Below are positions 1 through 10,900 of a stretch of DNA of 32,000 nucleotides, piece after piece. Within the stretch, counting starts at the first letter, position 1. Each line of letters begins with the position of its first letter. This stretch comes from Xylanibacter ruminicola 23. Its GTDB lineage: Bacteria > Bacteroidota > Bacteroidia > Bacteroidales > Bacteroidaceae. Where the stretch lies: contig NC_014033.1 in NCBI RefSeq assembly GCF_000025925.1, positions 2,550,001-2,582,000 on the forward strand, written 5' to 3'. The translations under genes and the position numbers were made by a program. The notes under the pieces were generated by a model. The model ran no database searches and was not told the origin of the DNA. It was given only the letters and a program-made list of their open reading frames with translations.

Positions 1-669
1 TCCGTCAAAGATGAACTGACGACTGCTATCATAGGCCCTCAGAATGAGACCTGGCAGACCGCGCAGTTTCCACGGTCCCTCGTCGAGGGGGATATCCTCG
101 GTGTACCAGGCATACCACTGGCGGCCCTTGAAATGGGTGGTAGCCAACTGACAGGTATAACCCATGATATCAGCCGTAGAATCGGGCAGTACGGTCCATT
201 CGGGTGTTTCCATCTTCTCCTCAATCTGACACTTTGCCTCACCCGCCACATCTAACATCAAGGTTTTACCTTTCTCTGGATAGTTCTTATAGAACTCCAT
301 CGACAGGATACCAGCCTTGGGCAAGTCTCTCAGGTCAAAATCCCCCTTTTCTATCTTCTCACGCATCAACTTCATGCGAACCGCAGCCGAATAGCTGTAG
401 AACTTCGACACGCCATCGGCACTGATATCAAGACGCATCTCATCGTCGCGATATTTATAAGGTTTGGTAAGCGTATCGTTAACCGCCTTAGATTGATAGG
501 TGATACGATAGGTTGTATTAGCAACTGCCAATGTATCGTTCTTACCCTTCTTCTTAGCCTCCTTGGCTGGCATTTTCATCTGGCTCTTATCAATCACCAT
601 GCCACCAATCTGCTGTGCCTGCGCCATCATACTGAAAGCCAGCAGGACAGAAATCATGAATATTCTCAT
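1..669 (-). CDS. GLPGLI family protein, secreted (C-terminus runs off the window)
   Basis: The minus-strand frame is open from 669 to 1; I checked every in-frame triplet and found no stop. It is absent from the ORF track because it is truncated. ATG at 669. Signal-like N-terminus MRIFMISVLLAFSMMAQAQQ. The translation ends ...GPWKLRGLPGLILRAYDSSRQFIFDG, which contains the GLPGLI motif that names this Bacteroidota family. Confidence 0.75.
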   Translation of the reverse strand, partial: MRIFMISVLLAFSMMAQAQQIGGMVIDKSQMKMPAKEAKKKGKNDTLAVANTTYRITYQSKAVNDTLTKPYKYRDDEMRLDISADGVSKFYSYSAAVRMKLMREKIEKGDFDLRDLPKAGILSMEFYKNYPEKGKTLMLDVAGEAKCQIEEKMETPEWTVLPDSTADIMGYTCQLATTHFKGRQWYAWYTEDIPLDEGPWKLRGLPGLILRAYDSSRQFIFDG

Positions 670-693
670 TGTTTATAACAGTTTTTTAAGTTA

Positions 694-1926
694 TTATTTT
701 TTTCTTGCTTTGAATTTCTCGCGTAGGTCATAGACACGCAGCATCTCCTTGGCTTTCTCTATCATCTCAGATAGCTTTTCGGTTGGTTTGTCAACTTCGG
801 CGGCCTTCTCAACAAACTGCTGATAATAGGCTTTGCCCTGCTCCTCATCCTTTAACAGATAGGCATAGGCATTAGCGATGTTATAGTAAGTGGCTACCGA
901 TGAGGGATTATACAACAGGTGCTCCTTCCAAGCGGCTATGGCCTCTTCGTATTTATGAGTGAGGTAATAGCCCTCACCCTCCGACAAGGTGATTGCTTTC
1001 ATGATGGTAGTATCAGGAAGCATCAGTTCCTTAGCTAAAGACAGATAGTTCAGTCCTTCGGGATAGCGCTGGGTATCAACACACACCACGCCCAAGCGAT
1101 AGGCACAGCCGGCGTGCTTCATGCCGCTCAGGAGAAAAGCCATCTGCAGGTACTTATAAGCCTGTTCCAGACTGTCGATACACGAACAACTCATGCCGGC
1201 CGAATAGAGGGTATTGAAGGTAGAGTCGCCCTGAGCTAACAGGCGTTCATACATCAGCGACGACTTGCCGAACTGGCGATCCATAAAGTAGGCATCGGCC
1301 AAGGCACGATTCACCTCAACGTTAGTAGAGTCAACACCAAAGTACTGCTGTCCGCACTTGATGCCGTTTTGTGGTTGTTCCAACTGCGCATATGCCAAGG
1401 TGAGTCCTGCCACCATCTCCCCATCCATAGGGAAACGCGCCAACAACTGACTTGTCCAAAACACATAAGAGTCCAGATCACTCTGTTTCTTATAGCTCTG
1501 AGCCAACTGGCGGAAAGACTCGTGCGAGAGACTATCCTCTGGAATCGTCTTAAGCAATTCTATTACCTGGCGATAGTTAGCACGCTTGTAGTAGCAGTCT
1601 GCCAGTTTCATCTGGACAGCACAGTCAACTATCGCACTCTGTTCGGCAGAATGCTTGAGACGCTCGATGATTTCATTTTGCTTCTCCTTTGGCAACTTAT
1701 TCAGTTGCTTAAGGGGAAGGGCTAGGTTTTCTACTGCCTTCTCCCGGCTTTTTTTCTTGGCCAAGTCATAAGCTTTCTGATAGTGTTTCAGAGCTTCGAA
1801 GGTGTTATACTGCTGCATACAGCTGTCGCCAACCTGTAGGCAGATGGTAAGCGAGTCGATAACCTCGCCCTTGGCGGGAGAAACCGCCAAGAGGACGAGG
1901 GTTACAATAGACAAAACTATTTTCAT
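694..1926 (-). CDS. TPR-repeat protein with signal peptide
   Basis: ORF 694..1998 trimmed to the ATG at 1926 (MKIVLSIVTLVLLAVSPAKGE signal peptide). The longer version starts at a TTG and would overlap the stop of the upstream gene at 1940. All-helical with TPR-like segments (FEALKHYQKAYDLA, ADCYYKRANYRQVIELL, EEAIAAWKEHLLYNP, YNIANAYAYLLKDEEQGKAYYQQF). Confidence 0.7.
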   Translation of the reverse strand: MKIVLSIVTLVLLAVSPAKGEVIDSLTICLQVGDSCMQQYNTFEALKHYQKAYDLAKKKSREKAVENLALPLKQLNKLPKEKQNEIIERLKHSAEQSAIVDCAVQMKLADCYYKRANYRQVIELLKTIPEDSLSHESFRQLAQSYKKQSDLDSYVFWTSQLLARFPMDGEMVAGLTLAYAQLEQPQNGIKCGQQYFGVDSTNVEVNRALADAYFMDRQFGKSSLMYERLLAQGDSTFNTLYSAGMSCSCIDSLEQAYKYLQMAFLLSGMKHAGCAYRLGVVCVDTQRYPEGLNYLSLAKELMLPDTTIMKAITLSEGEGYYLTHKYEEAIAAWKEHLLYNPSSVATYYNIANAYAYLLKDEEQGKAYYQQFVEKAAEVDKPTEKLSEMIEKAKEMLRVYDLREKFKARKK

Positions 1927-1939
1927 TATAGAGAGAGAA

Positions 1940-3550
1940 TTATTTCTTTGTAGTAATAAGAATGACGCCATCCTTGGCCTTTTCGCCATATTTCTCAATG
2001 GCTGTTTTCTCCTTCAGCACATTCATGTGGTCGATAGACTTAGGATCCAACTTACCCACTTCCTCAAGCGTCATCTCCTTACCATCTACATAGATTAAGG
2101 GCCTTTCAGAACGCTGCTCATTGAGTCCTTTTCTGCCAGCCTCGTAACCTGCCGCATAGGCAACTAACTTCTCTGCGAGAGCATCTTTAGAAGGACCATA
2201 CTGAAGACGGAAGTTCAAGGGAACGGTGTATTTCACACGAACCGCTTCACCATCCTGTCTGCCAGGTATCCACTTGGGCATAGAACCTACAACACGGAGG
2301 GCTTCAGCATCGAGAGAGGGTGCGACAGACTTTTTAACCTGCGGCTCTGATACTCTGCCATCCTTCTCTACTACAAAGGAAACGATGACACGCCCCTGGA
2401 TATTAGCATTCTCAGCCTCAGCAGGATACTGGATGTTGCTTGCCAGATACTCAAAAAGCTTTGAAGCGCCACCAGGGAATTGCGGCATCTGTTCTGCAAC
2501 ATCGTAAGTCTTGCCAGATGTTGGCTCAACCGTTTCCTCTATAGCTGGTGGCTCGGCAATCTCTGATTTCTTCTCGGCAGTCTCCACTATCTGTAGCACT
2601 TTCTTACCACCTATATTAATGACCGTATTCTTCCTGCCTTTTTTGATAGGCATCTGCTTCTGCGGCCGGGTATATTCATAATCGGTTACGGTCTCCGCAT
2701 TCACTGCAAGCACGGCACCAATGATGGGCAAGAGAGCGAGCAACTTCAACAGACTGCGACGGGGAGATTTAGTATGTAACATCATATTAATTCGGTTTTT
2801 GAGGGTACTGTGAGAGATACCGTTAGCAAGGGAGTACCCACCAATGCTTGCGGCTTTTGTGATTAACAGGTATTGATATTGACGCGCATTGATCCCTTGA
2901 GAGAGTACTGCACCGTCGGCCTCATATTCGTGGATGGCACGCAGATCACTGCGCAGCATCCAAATGGCGGGATTAAACCACTGGAGGGCGGTGAGAGTAT
3001 CAACAAAGAGCAGATCCCACGAGTGGTGGTAACGGATATGCCCTCGTTCATGTGTGAGAATAGCCGCATCGTTAGCCAGGTAATCGCTGCGGTTCATCAC
3101 GATATAATGCATCCAACTGAATGGCGCCAGATCGGGGTTACCGGTCACACAGATCACGGTACCATCAGACTGCGGATACTTTTGACTATGCTTAATGAGT
3201 TTTACGATTCTGAACAACGACCAGAGGGTATGACCAAGCGTAGCTGCCATGCCGATGAAGAACAGGACAATGGCCACAGACTGCCAAAGCGGATACATAC
3301 CGGCATCTGACGATATATCGGCCACAGCCTCAAGGGCGCCAAACGACACACTGGGGGCCGACTCTACCACAACGGTTTTATGCAGGGTGATGACGCACAG
3401 CGGCAGTACAAACGATGCCACAGCTGTAGCCAGAAGCACCACGCGATTAACACGGTGGAACGTTTCGCGGGCCAGCAGCACACGGTAGAACATGTAGAAT
3501 ACCGCTAAGATAGCAGCCACCTTGAGGTCGTAGGTCAGAAAATCTATCAT
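1940..3550 (-). CDS. BlaR1-like M56 family metallopeptidase fused to a TonB C-terminal domain
   Basis: 536-aa ORF with several N-terminal TM helices. HEXXH zinc motif in LTHERGHIRYHHSWD, typical of BlaR1/MecR1 M56 sensors. A later TM segment (LLKLLALLPIIGAVLAV) and a Pro/Glu-rich linker follow. TonB_C-like block YDVAEQMPQFPGGASKLFEYLASNIQYP...GRVIVSFVVEKDGRVSEPQV...VKYTVPLNFRL. Extra C-terminal tail PLIYVDGKE...DGVILITTKK. Confidence 0.85.
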   Translation of the reverse strand: MIDFLTYDLKVAAILAVFYMFYRVLLARETFHRVNRVVLLATAVASFVLPLCVITLHKTVVVESAPSVSFGALEAVADISSDAGMYPLWQSVAIVLFFIGMAATLGHTLWSLFRIVKLIKHSQKYPQSDGTVICVTGNPDLAPFSWMHYIVMNRSDYLANDAAILTHERGHIRYHHSWDLLFVDTLTALQWFNPAIWMLRSDLRAIHEYEADGAVLSQGINARQYQYLLITKAASIGGYSLANGISHSTLKNRINMMLHTKSPRRSLLKLLALLPIIGAVLAVNAETVTDYEYTRPQKQMPIKKGRKNTVINIGGKKVLQIVETAEKKSEIAEPPAIEETVEPTSGKTYDVAEQMPQFPGGASKLFEYLASNIQYPAEAENANIQGRVIVSFVVEKDGRVSEPQVKKSVAPSLDAEALRVVGSMPKWIPGRQDGEAVRVKYTVPLNFRLQYGPSKDALAEKLVAYAAGYEAGRKGLNEQRSERPLIYVDGKEMTLEEVGKLDPKSIDHMNVLKEKTAIEKYGEKAKDGVILITTKK

Positions 3551-3578
3551 TGTACAATTTAGTTATTTACGATTTCGA

Positions 3579-3938
3579 CTATTGGTTCTTTTCTATCTGA
3601 TCGAGAAGTTCCCGGAGTTCTTCAACAGAAATCTTCTCTTCCTTAACGAAAGCAGACACTGCTGACAGATAGGAGTTATTAAAGTAGTTCTTGATAACAC
3701 CGGCAATGGATTTACGACCGTACTCAGCCTCGGTGATGAGGGGATAGTACTGATAGGTATTACCAAACTGCTTATGATCAAGATAGCCTTCCTTCTCCAG
3801 AATGCGTACCATCGTAGATAGCGTATTGAAGTGCGGGCGCGGTTCATCGTAGTACTCTAAGAGCTCCTTGACGAACATCGGACCGTGCTGCCAATACAAA
3901 TCCATGATCTCCTTTTCCTTGTTTGTTAACTTTTTCAT
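3579..3938 (-). CDS. BlaI/MecI/CopY family transcriptional repressor
   Basis: ORF 3579..3989 trimmed to the ATG at 3938 (MKKLTNKEKEIMDLYWQHGPMFVKELLEYY...). Winged-helix penicillinase-repressor pattern (FNTLSTMVRILEKEGYLDHKQFGNTYQYYPLI). Lies 28 nt upstream of the BlaR1-like gene, the standard blaI-blaR1 pairing. Confidence 0.85.
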   Translation of the reverse strand: MKKLTNKEKEIMDLYWQHGPMFVKELLEYYDEPRPHFNTLSTMVRILEKEGYLDHKQFGNTYQYYPLITEAEYGRKSIAGVIKNYFNNSYLSAVSAFVKEEKISVEELRELLDQIEKNQ

Positions 3939-4102
3939 TTTACTACAGTTTGCTTTAAGTTCGAAAATCAAATTGCGCGTTGTTATCAATATCCGAGTGC
4001 AAAGTAACTAAAAGTTTTCGTTACAATCAACTAAAAGCTATAGTTTTTAAACTAAATTAATTAGTTAAGTTTGGTTTTAACGATTATTCAGGCTATCAGA
4101 AT

Positions 4103-4135
4103 AAAAAAAACAGCGCATCCTTAGGGATACGCTGC
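4103..4135 (-). terminator. Rho-independent terminator directly after rpsJ
   Basis: Minus-strand RNA reads GCAGCGTATCCCTAAGGATGCGCTG followed by TTTTTTTT. This is a 10-bp GC-rich stem (one G.U pair), a 4-nt loop and a U8 tract, 24 nt after the rpsJ stop. Confidence 0.75.
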
Positions 4136-4158
4136 TTTATAATCAGATAAAGATAAAA

Positions 4159-4464
4159 CTATACCTTGATCTCAACCTCAACACCGCTGGGGAGCTCGAG
4201 CTTCATCAGAGCGTCAACAGTCTTAGCAGTTGAGCTGTAGATGTCGATCAGACGCTTGTAGTCTGAGAGCTGGAACTGCTCACGAGCCTTCTTGTTAACG
4301 AAGGTAGAGCGGTTAACGGTGTAGATACGCTTGTGTGTAGGAAGGGGGATAGGACCGCTGATGATAGCACCTGTGGCCTTAACAGCCTTCACAATCTTCT
4401 CGGCTGACTTGTCTACGAGTTTGTGGTCGTAGCTCTTCAGCTTGATACGAATTTTCTGACTCAT
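4159..4464 (-). CDS. rpsJ: 30S ribosomal protein S10
   Basis: 101 aa, [43 protein letters not shown]... is canonical S10. Follows fusA as in the str operon. Confidence 0.97.
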   Translation of the reverse strand: MSQKIRIKLKSYDHKLVDKSAEKIVKAVKATGAIISGPIPLPTHKRIYTVNRSTFVNKKAREQFQLSDYKRLIDIYSSTAKTVDALMKLELPSGVEVEIKV

Positions 4465-4498
4465 TGTCGTTTTAATTGTTTAATTGTTATTTAAAAGG

Positions 4499-4534
4499 GG
4501 GTGCTGCTAAAGAGTCATTTGCTCAGCAGCACCC
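4499..4534 (-). terminator. Hairpin between fusA and rpsJ (possible partial terminator/attenuator)
   Basis: Arms GGGTGCTGCT / AGCAGCACCC (10 bp, perfect) with a 16-nt loop. On the minus strand it is followed by CCTTTTAAAT. The U tract is short, so probably only partial termination or a processing/stability stem. Confidence 0.35.
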
Positions 4535-4545
4535 ATTTGTTATCT

Positions 4546-6672
4546 TTATACGAGGTCGGCACGGCCCTTAACCTCCTCCAGAACTGCCTTAGCGATAGAG
4601 CTTGACAGAGGAGCGTGGTGATCGTACTCCATTGAGCTGGTAGCACGACCTGAAGTGATGGTACGCAGAGCGGTTACATAACCGAACATCTCTGACAGGG
4701 GCACCTGAGCCTTAACAACACGGGCACCGCTGCGAGCCTCTTCCATACCCTCTACCTGGCCACGACGCTTGTTCAGGTCACCGATAACGTCACCCATGTT
4801 CTCCTCAGGTGTTACAACCTCGAGCTTCATGATAGGCTCCATCAGTACGGGCTTAGCCTGAGCGCATGCGTTCTTGTATGCCTGCAGAGCAGCGATCTCG
4901 AATGAGAGCTGGTCAGAGTCAACGGGGTGGAACGAACCGTCGAGTACAGTTACCTTCAGTGAATCCATTGGGTAACCACCGAGGATACCATTCTTCATAG
5001 CGTTCTCGAATCCCTTCTGGATAGATGGGATGAACTCCTTAGGAATGTTACCACCCTTAACCTCGTTAACGAACTGCAGACCGCCGTCCTTAGCGATATC
5101 CCAATCGTCGTCAACAGGACCAACGTTTACGATGATATCAGCGAACTTACCGCGACCACCCGACTGCTTCTTGTAAACCTCACGGAGGTTAACAGTCTTG
5201 GTGATGGCCTCCTTGTAGTTAACCTGAGGCTTACCCTGGTTACACTCAACCTTGAACTCACGCTTCAGACGGTCGATAATGATATCGAGGTGAAGCTCAC
5301 CCATACCTGAGATAATGGTCTGACCACTCTGCTCGTCGGTACGAACGGTGAATGTTGGGTCCTCCTCAGCGAGCTTAGCAAGACCGTTGTCGAGCTTAGC
5401 AACGTCGGCCTGAGACTTAGGCTCAACTGCGATAGAGATTACAGTGTCGGGGAAGCTCATTGACTCCAGTACGATAGGTGCATCCTCAGAGCAGAGGGTA
5501 TCACCAGTACGGATATCCTTGAAACCTACACCTGCGCCGATATCACCAGCGTCGATGCTCTCCATAGGAATTTCCTTGTTTGAGTTCATCTGGAACAGAC
5601 GGCTGATACGCTCCTTCTTACCCGAACGTGGGTTGTAAACGTATGATCCGGCAGTGATCTTACCAGAGTAAACGCGGAAGAATACCAGACGGCCCATGTA
5701 TGGGTCGGTAGCAATCTTAAAGGCCAGAGCCGATGTAGGCTCGTCCTCAGAAGGCTTACGATCCTCTTCCTCATCGGTATCAGGGTTGGTACCCTTAATA
5801 ACCTCTACGTCAACAGGTGCGGGCAGGAATGCACATACGTAGTCGAGCAGAGGCTGCACACCCTTGTTCTTATAAGAAGAACCGAGCAGCATAGGAGTAC
5901 ACTGCATTGAGATAGTACCCTTACGGATAGCAGCGATGATCTCGTCCTCAGTGATTGAGTTAGGATCGTCGAAGTACTTCTCCATCAGAGCCTCGTCGTA
6001 CTCAGCAGCAGCCTCAAGCAGCTTGTTACGCCACTCGTCGCACTCAGCCTCCAGGTCGGCGGGGATATCCTCAACATCGTACTCAGCACCCATGGTCTCA
6101 TCGTGCCACAGGATAGCCTTCATCTTGATCAGGTCAACCAGACCCTTGAAGTTCTCCTCAGCACCGATGGGCACCTGGATAACAACAGGGTTAGCACCCA
6201 GGATGTCCTTCATCTGCTGAACAGTCTCGAAGAAGTCAGCACCTGAACGGTCCATCTTATTAACGTAACCGATACGAGGTACGTTGTACTTGTCGGCCTG
6301 GCGCCATACAGTCTCTGACTGAGGCTGAACACCGTCGGCAGCTGAGTAAGTAGCAACAGCACCATCCAGTACACGGAGTGAACGCTCTACCTCAGCGGTA
6401 AAGTCAACGTGTCCCGGAGTATCGATCAAGTTGATCTTGAAGTTCTTACCATTCCATGTCCAGTTACAGGTGGTAGCAGCAGATGTGATAGTAATACCAC
6501 GCTCCTGCTCCTGAGCCATCCAGTCCATGGTAGCAGCTCCATCGTGTACCTCACCAATCTTATGAGTCTTACCTGTATAGAACAGGATACGCTCAGAAGT
6601 GGTTGTCTTACCGGCATCGATGTGAGCCATAATACCGATATTTCTTGTTAAATGTAAATCGCGGTTTGCCAT
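4546..6672 (-). CDS. fusA: Elongation factor G
   Basis: 708 aa. GTPase motifs [21 protein letters not shown]. Full-length EF-G architecture in str-operon context. Confidence 0.98.
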   Translation of the reverse strand: MANRDLHLTRNIGIMAHIDAGKTTTSERILFYTGKTHKIGEVHDGAATMDWMAQEQERGITITSAATTCNWTWNGKNFKINLIDTPGHVDFTAEVERSLRVLDGAVATYSAADGVQPQSETVWRQADKYNVPRIGYVNKMDRSGADFFETVQQMKDILGANPVVIQVPIGAEENFKGLVDLIKMKAILWHDETMGAEYDVEDIPADLEAECDEWRNKLLEAAAEYDEALMEKYFDDPNSITEDEIIAAIRKGTISMQCTPMLLGSSYKNKGVQPLLDYVCAFLPAPVDVEVIKGTNPDTDEEEDRKPSEDEPTSALAFKIATDPYMGRLVFFRVYSGKITAGSYVYNPRSGKKERISRLFQMNSNKEIPMESIDAGDIGAGVGFKDIRTGDTLCSEDAPIVLESMSFPDTVISIAVEPKSQADVAKLDNGLAKLAEEDPTFTVRTDEQSGQTIISGMGELHLDIIIDRLKREFKVECNQGKPQVNYKEAITKTVNLREVYKKQSGGRGKFADIIVNVGPVDDDWDIAKDGGLQFVNEVKGGNIPKEFIPSIQKGFENAMKNGILGGYPMDSLKVTVLDGSFHPVDSDQLSFEIAALQAYKNACAQAKPVLMEPIMKLEVVTPEENMGDVIGDLNKRRGQVEGMEEARSGARVVKAQVPLSEMFGYVTALRTITSGRATSSMEYDHHAPLSSSIAKAVLEEVKGRADLV

Positions 6673-6706
6673 TGTTTTGTATCCTTTTAACTTCTTACCT
6701 TATTTA

Positions 6707-7183
6707 TTAGAAACGGAAGTGAGCAAATGCGCGGTTAGCCTCGGCCATGCGATGCATATCCTCCTTACGCTTGAAGGCACCACCCTGATTGTTGAAGGCG
6801 TCCATGATCTCAGCAGCCAGCTTATCGGCCATTGACTTACCAGAACGCTTACGAGCGAACTGAATCATGTTCTTCATTGAGATACTCTCCTTACGGTCGG
6901 GACGGATCTCAGTAGGTACCTGGAAAGTAGCACCACCGATACGGCGGCTCTTTACCTCTACCTGTGGGGTAATGTTGTCGAGAGCCTGCTTCCAGATCTC
7001 CAGGGCAGACTTCTCCTCGTTGTTCATTTTGCTCTTCACTGTCTCCAGTGCATTGTAGAAGATCTCATAAGACTTGGTCTTCTTACCATCAAACATCAGG
7101 TGGTTTACAAACTTAGACACCTTCTGATCGTTGAATACGGGATCTGGCAGGATCACACGCTTCTTTGGTTTTGCTTTTCTCAT
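6707..7183 (-). CDS. rpsG: 30S ribosomal protein S7
   Basis: 158 aa, [30 protein letters not shown]... ending ...[10 protein letters not shown] is canonical S7. Confidence 0.97.
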   Translation of the reverse strand: MRKAKPKKRVILPDPVFNDQKVSKFVNHLMFDGKKTKSYEIFYNALETVKSKMNNEEKSALEIWKQALDNITPQVEVKSRRIGGATFQVPTEIRPDRKESISMKNMIQFARKRSGKSMADKLAAEIMDAFNNQGGAFKRKEDMHRMAEANRAFAHFRF

Positions 7184-7339
7184 TTTGTTTTTGAATTAAA
7201 ATTCTGCTTGAGGGCTGTTCTTACTTGTTCTTCAACGTCACTTCGCTCGGACATTTACTCAACCTTTATAACATTATCTCCAGCAAAACGGATTAAATTT
7301 TTTGTTTCTTTTTGGCCTGACTGACCATCTCCGGTCATT

Positions 7340-7720
7340 TTACTTCTTAGCCTTTGGACGCTTAGCACCATACTTAGAACGGCGCTGTGTACGGTTAGCT
7401 ACACCAGCAGTATCAAGAGTACCGCGAACGATGTGGTAACGTACACCTGGCAGGTCCTTTACACGACCACCGCGAACAAGCACGATTGAGTGCTCCTGCA
7501 GGTTGTGTCCCTCTCCAGGGATGTAAGAGTTAACTTCCTTCTGATTTGTCAGACGAACACGGGCTACCTTACGCATAGCCGAATTAGGCTTCTTAGGTGT
7601 TGTTGTGTAAACACGTACGCAGACACCACGACGCTGAGGACAGTTGTCCAAAGCAGGTGACTTTGACTTGTCAACAATTACCTTTCTGCCTTTTCTTACC
7701 AATTGTGAAATTGTAGGCAT
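7340..7720 (-). CDS. rpsL: 30S ribosomal protein S12
   Basis: 126 aa, [13 protein letters not shown]...[31 protein letters not shown] is canonical S12. Confidence 0.97.
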   Translation of the reverse strand: MPTISQLVRKGRKVIVDKSKSPALDNCPQRRGVCVRVYTTTPKKPNSAMRKVARVRLTNQKEVNSYIPGEGHNLQEHSIVLVRGGRVKDLPGVRYHIVRGTLDTAGVANRTQRRSKYGAKRPKAKK

Positions 7721-7812
7721 AATACTTTAATTTTTAATTTATATATATGTTATTTTATTTATAATCAGCGCTTTACACACCCTATCTCGCTTAATAGGGG
7801 CGTTTCGGGCTG

Positions 7813-7820
7813 CAAAGGTA
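7813..7820 (-). promoter_or_regulatory. Bacteroidota -7 promoter box (TACCTTTG) for rpsL-rpsG-fusA-rpsJ
   Basis: Plus strand CAAAGGTA equals minus-strand TACCTTTG, matching the TAnnTTTG -7 consensus of Bacteroides sigma-A promoters. Lies about 93 nt upstream of the rpsL ATG and downstream of the rpoC terminator. Confidence 0.5.
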
Positions 7821-7933
7821 CAACTATTTTCCGATTCCACCTAACTTATATGGAGAAAATGCAAGTTTAAACCCTTGATTTAACAAGAAATAACGTTTTT
7901 TGAATTAATTAATAGTAGATTATGCCAAAAATG

Positions 7934-7970
7934 AAGAAAAAAGAGTGCTGCACATACATGCAGCACTCTT
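7934..7970 (-). terminator. Rho-independent terminator after rpoC
   Basis: Minus-strand AAGAGTGCTGCA-TGTATG-TGCAGCACTCTT (12-bp perfect stem) followed by TTTTTTCTTCATTTTT, 28 nt after the rpoC stop. Confidence 0.8.
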
Positions 7971-7997
7971 AACATATTTTGCTAATCAAAGATAGCC

Positions 7998-10900
7998 TTA
8001 TTTCTCCTCGAGAATGGTCTCATCAGCGAAGTCGAGAACGTTCTTGCGGTTAGCCTGAATGCGCTCATACTCCTCCTTTGAACCAACGATAATCTTCTCG
8101 AACTCACGCAGACCGGTACCAGCAGGAATCAGGTGTCCGCAGATTACGTTCTCCTTCATACCTACCAGGTGATCTACCTTACCACGGATGGCAGCCTCGT
8201 TAAGTACCTTGGTTGTCTCCTGGAACGATGCAGCCGACATGAACGACTTAGTCTGAAGAGCGGCACGTGTGATACCCTGCAGAATCTGAGTAGATGTAGC
8301 GGGCACTGCATCACGAACCTGTACCAGACGGAGGTCACGACGCTTCAGCATAGAGTTCTCGTCGCGCAGCTTGCGGGCGGTAACAATCTGACCCTTCTGC
8401 AGGTTCTCAGAGTCACCGGCATCGGTAACAACCTTCTTACCCCAGATACGATCGTTCTCCTCAGCGAAGTCGAGCTTGTCGACAATCTCCTGCTCGAGGA
8501 ACGAGGTATCACCAGGTTCGTTGATCTGTACCTTACGCATCATCTGACGAACGATGATCTCGAAGTGCTTATCGTTAATCTTTACACCCTGCAGACGGTA
8601 TACGTCCTGAACCTCGTTCACAATGTACTCCTGTACAGCGGTGGGACCCTTAATGGCCAGGATGTCGCCTGGAGTGATAACACCATCAGAGAGTGGTGTA
8701 CCAGCACGTACGGCATCGTGCTCCTGTACCAGGATCTGCTTCGACAGCGATACGAGATAACGACGCTGCTCACCAGTCTTAGAGGTTACGATAATCTCAC
8801 GGTTACCACGCTTTACCTTACCCATGGTTACCTCACCATCGATCTCGGATACAACAGCAGGGTTAGATGGGTTACGAGCCTCGAACAGCTCGGTTACACG
8901 GGGCAGACCTCCGGTGATATCACCACCCTTGGCAGCAGCACGTGGAATCTTAACGAGGGTTTCACCAGTTGAAACTGTCTGGCCATCCTCAACAACAACG
9001 TGTCCACCTACAGGGAAGCTATATGTTCCGATTACCTCGCCATCGGCACCGATTACATCACAGGTAGGAACCTTAGTACGGTCGCGCGACTCGGTAACAA
9101 TCTTTTCAGTCAGACCAGTGGTTTCGTCGGTCTCGGCACGGAAGGTAATACCCTCGATCACATCGTTGAACTTCAGGGTACCAGCGTACTCGGTAACGAT
9201 AACGGCGTTGAATGGGTCCCACTGAGCAATCTTGTCGCCCTTGGCAACCTCGTCGCCGTGACCAAAGTAGAGTGACGAACCGTAAGGCACGTTAACGGTA
9301 GAGAGAACGATCTTGGTGTTAGGATCAACGAAACGCATCTCACCCAAACGGCTTACAACCATCTGACACTCGCGGCCATCCTCATCGAATGGAACGGTAC
9401 GAACCTCTTCAAACTCGATCATAGCGCGATCATATTTAGATACGATGCTTGCATTTGCTGCGGCGTTGGCAGCCACACCACCGGCGTGGAACGTACGCAG
9501 AGTAAGCTGTGTACCTGGCTCACCGATAGCCTGAGCGGCAATCACACCAACAGCCTCACCCTTCTGTACCATACGACGGGTAGCGAGGTTACGTCCGTAA
9601 CACTTCATGCAGACACCCTTCTTCGACTCACAAGTGAGCACTGAACGGATCTCGACCATCTCGATATCAGATGCCTCGATAGCCTCGGCAATAGACTCGG
9701 TGATCTCCTCACCGGCAGCTACAATCACCTCACCGGTCTTAGGATTGATCACATCGTGAACTGATACACGACCCAGGATACGCTCTGACAGGCTTGAGAT
9801 AACCTCGTCGCCACTCTTCAGAGCTGTACACTGTAGACCACGCAGGGTACCACAGTCTTCCTCGGTGATGATCACATCGTGCGATACGTCAACCAATCGA
9901 CGTGTCAGGTAACCAGCGTCGGCTGTTTTCATAGCGGTATCAGCCAGACCCTTACGAGCACCGTGAGTAGAGATAAAGTACTCGAGCACTGACATACCCT
10001 CCTTAAAGTTAGAAAGGATTGGGTTTTCAATAATCTGGTGACCCTCGGCACCGGCCTTCTGAGGCTTAGCCATCAGACCACGGATACCTGAAAGCTGCTT
10101 AATCTGGTCCTTACTACCACGGGCACCTGAGTCAAGCATCATGAATACAGCGTTGAATCCCTGGTCGGCCTCGGTCATCTGCTTCAGCAGGATGTTACCG
10201 ATATCGTTGTTGACGTGGGTCCAGGTATCAATAACCTGATTATAACGCTCGTTGTCTGTGATGAATCCCATGTTATAGTTGTCGGTAATCTGCTGTACCT
10301 CCTCATTACCCTTAGCAATCAGCTCAGCCTTCTCCTTAGGAATAATGATATCATCGAGGTTGAACGACAGACCGGCCACGTAAGCCATGCGGTAACCCAG
10401 GTTCTTGATTCCATCAAGGAACTCACAAGCCTCGGCGAAACCTACATTCTTAATTACAGCACCGATAATGTCGCGCAGACTCTTCTTAGAAATAATCTTA
10501 TTAACGTAACCAACCTCCTTTGGAATGATGCCGTTTACGATTACACGACCTACTGAAGTCTCTACCATGTGGCGAACAGGCTGACCGTCGACGATATCAT
10601 CAACGATAACCTTAACCTGGGCGTGCAGTTCGCACTTACCCTCGTTGTGTGCGATGATAGCCTCTTCAGGACCGTAGAAGGTAAGTCCCTCACCCTTTGC
10701 ACCTGGACGAATCTTGGTAATGTAGTACAAACCAAGTACCATATCCTGTGAAGGCACGGTGATAGGTGCACCGTTGGCAGGGTTCAGAATGTTATGGCTC
10801 TGCAGCATGAGCAGCTGAGCCTCGAGGATAGCCTCGTTACTCAATGGGAGGTGTACAGCCATCTGGTCACCGTCGAAGTCGGCGTTGAACGCAGTACATG

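Noticed and set aside
39-678. Short ORFs 39-251 (-), 204-425 (+) and 493-678 (+).
   Set aside because: All lie inside or out of frame with the open 223-codon GLPGLI-family frame, which has a signal peptide and the family motif.
7184-7339. 156-nt rpsL-rpsG spacer examined for an S7 autoregulatory structure or a small gene.
   Set aside because: Only a 5-bp stem (TGACC / GGTCA) is visible by eye. The plus-strand ORF 7100-7324 is antisense noise. Nothing is supportable without covariance analysis.
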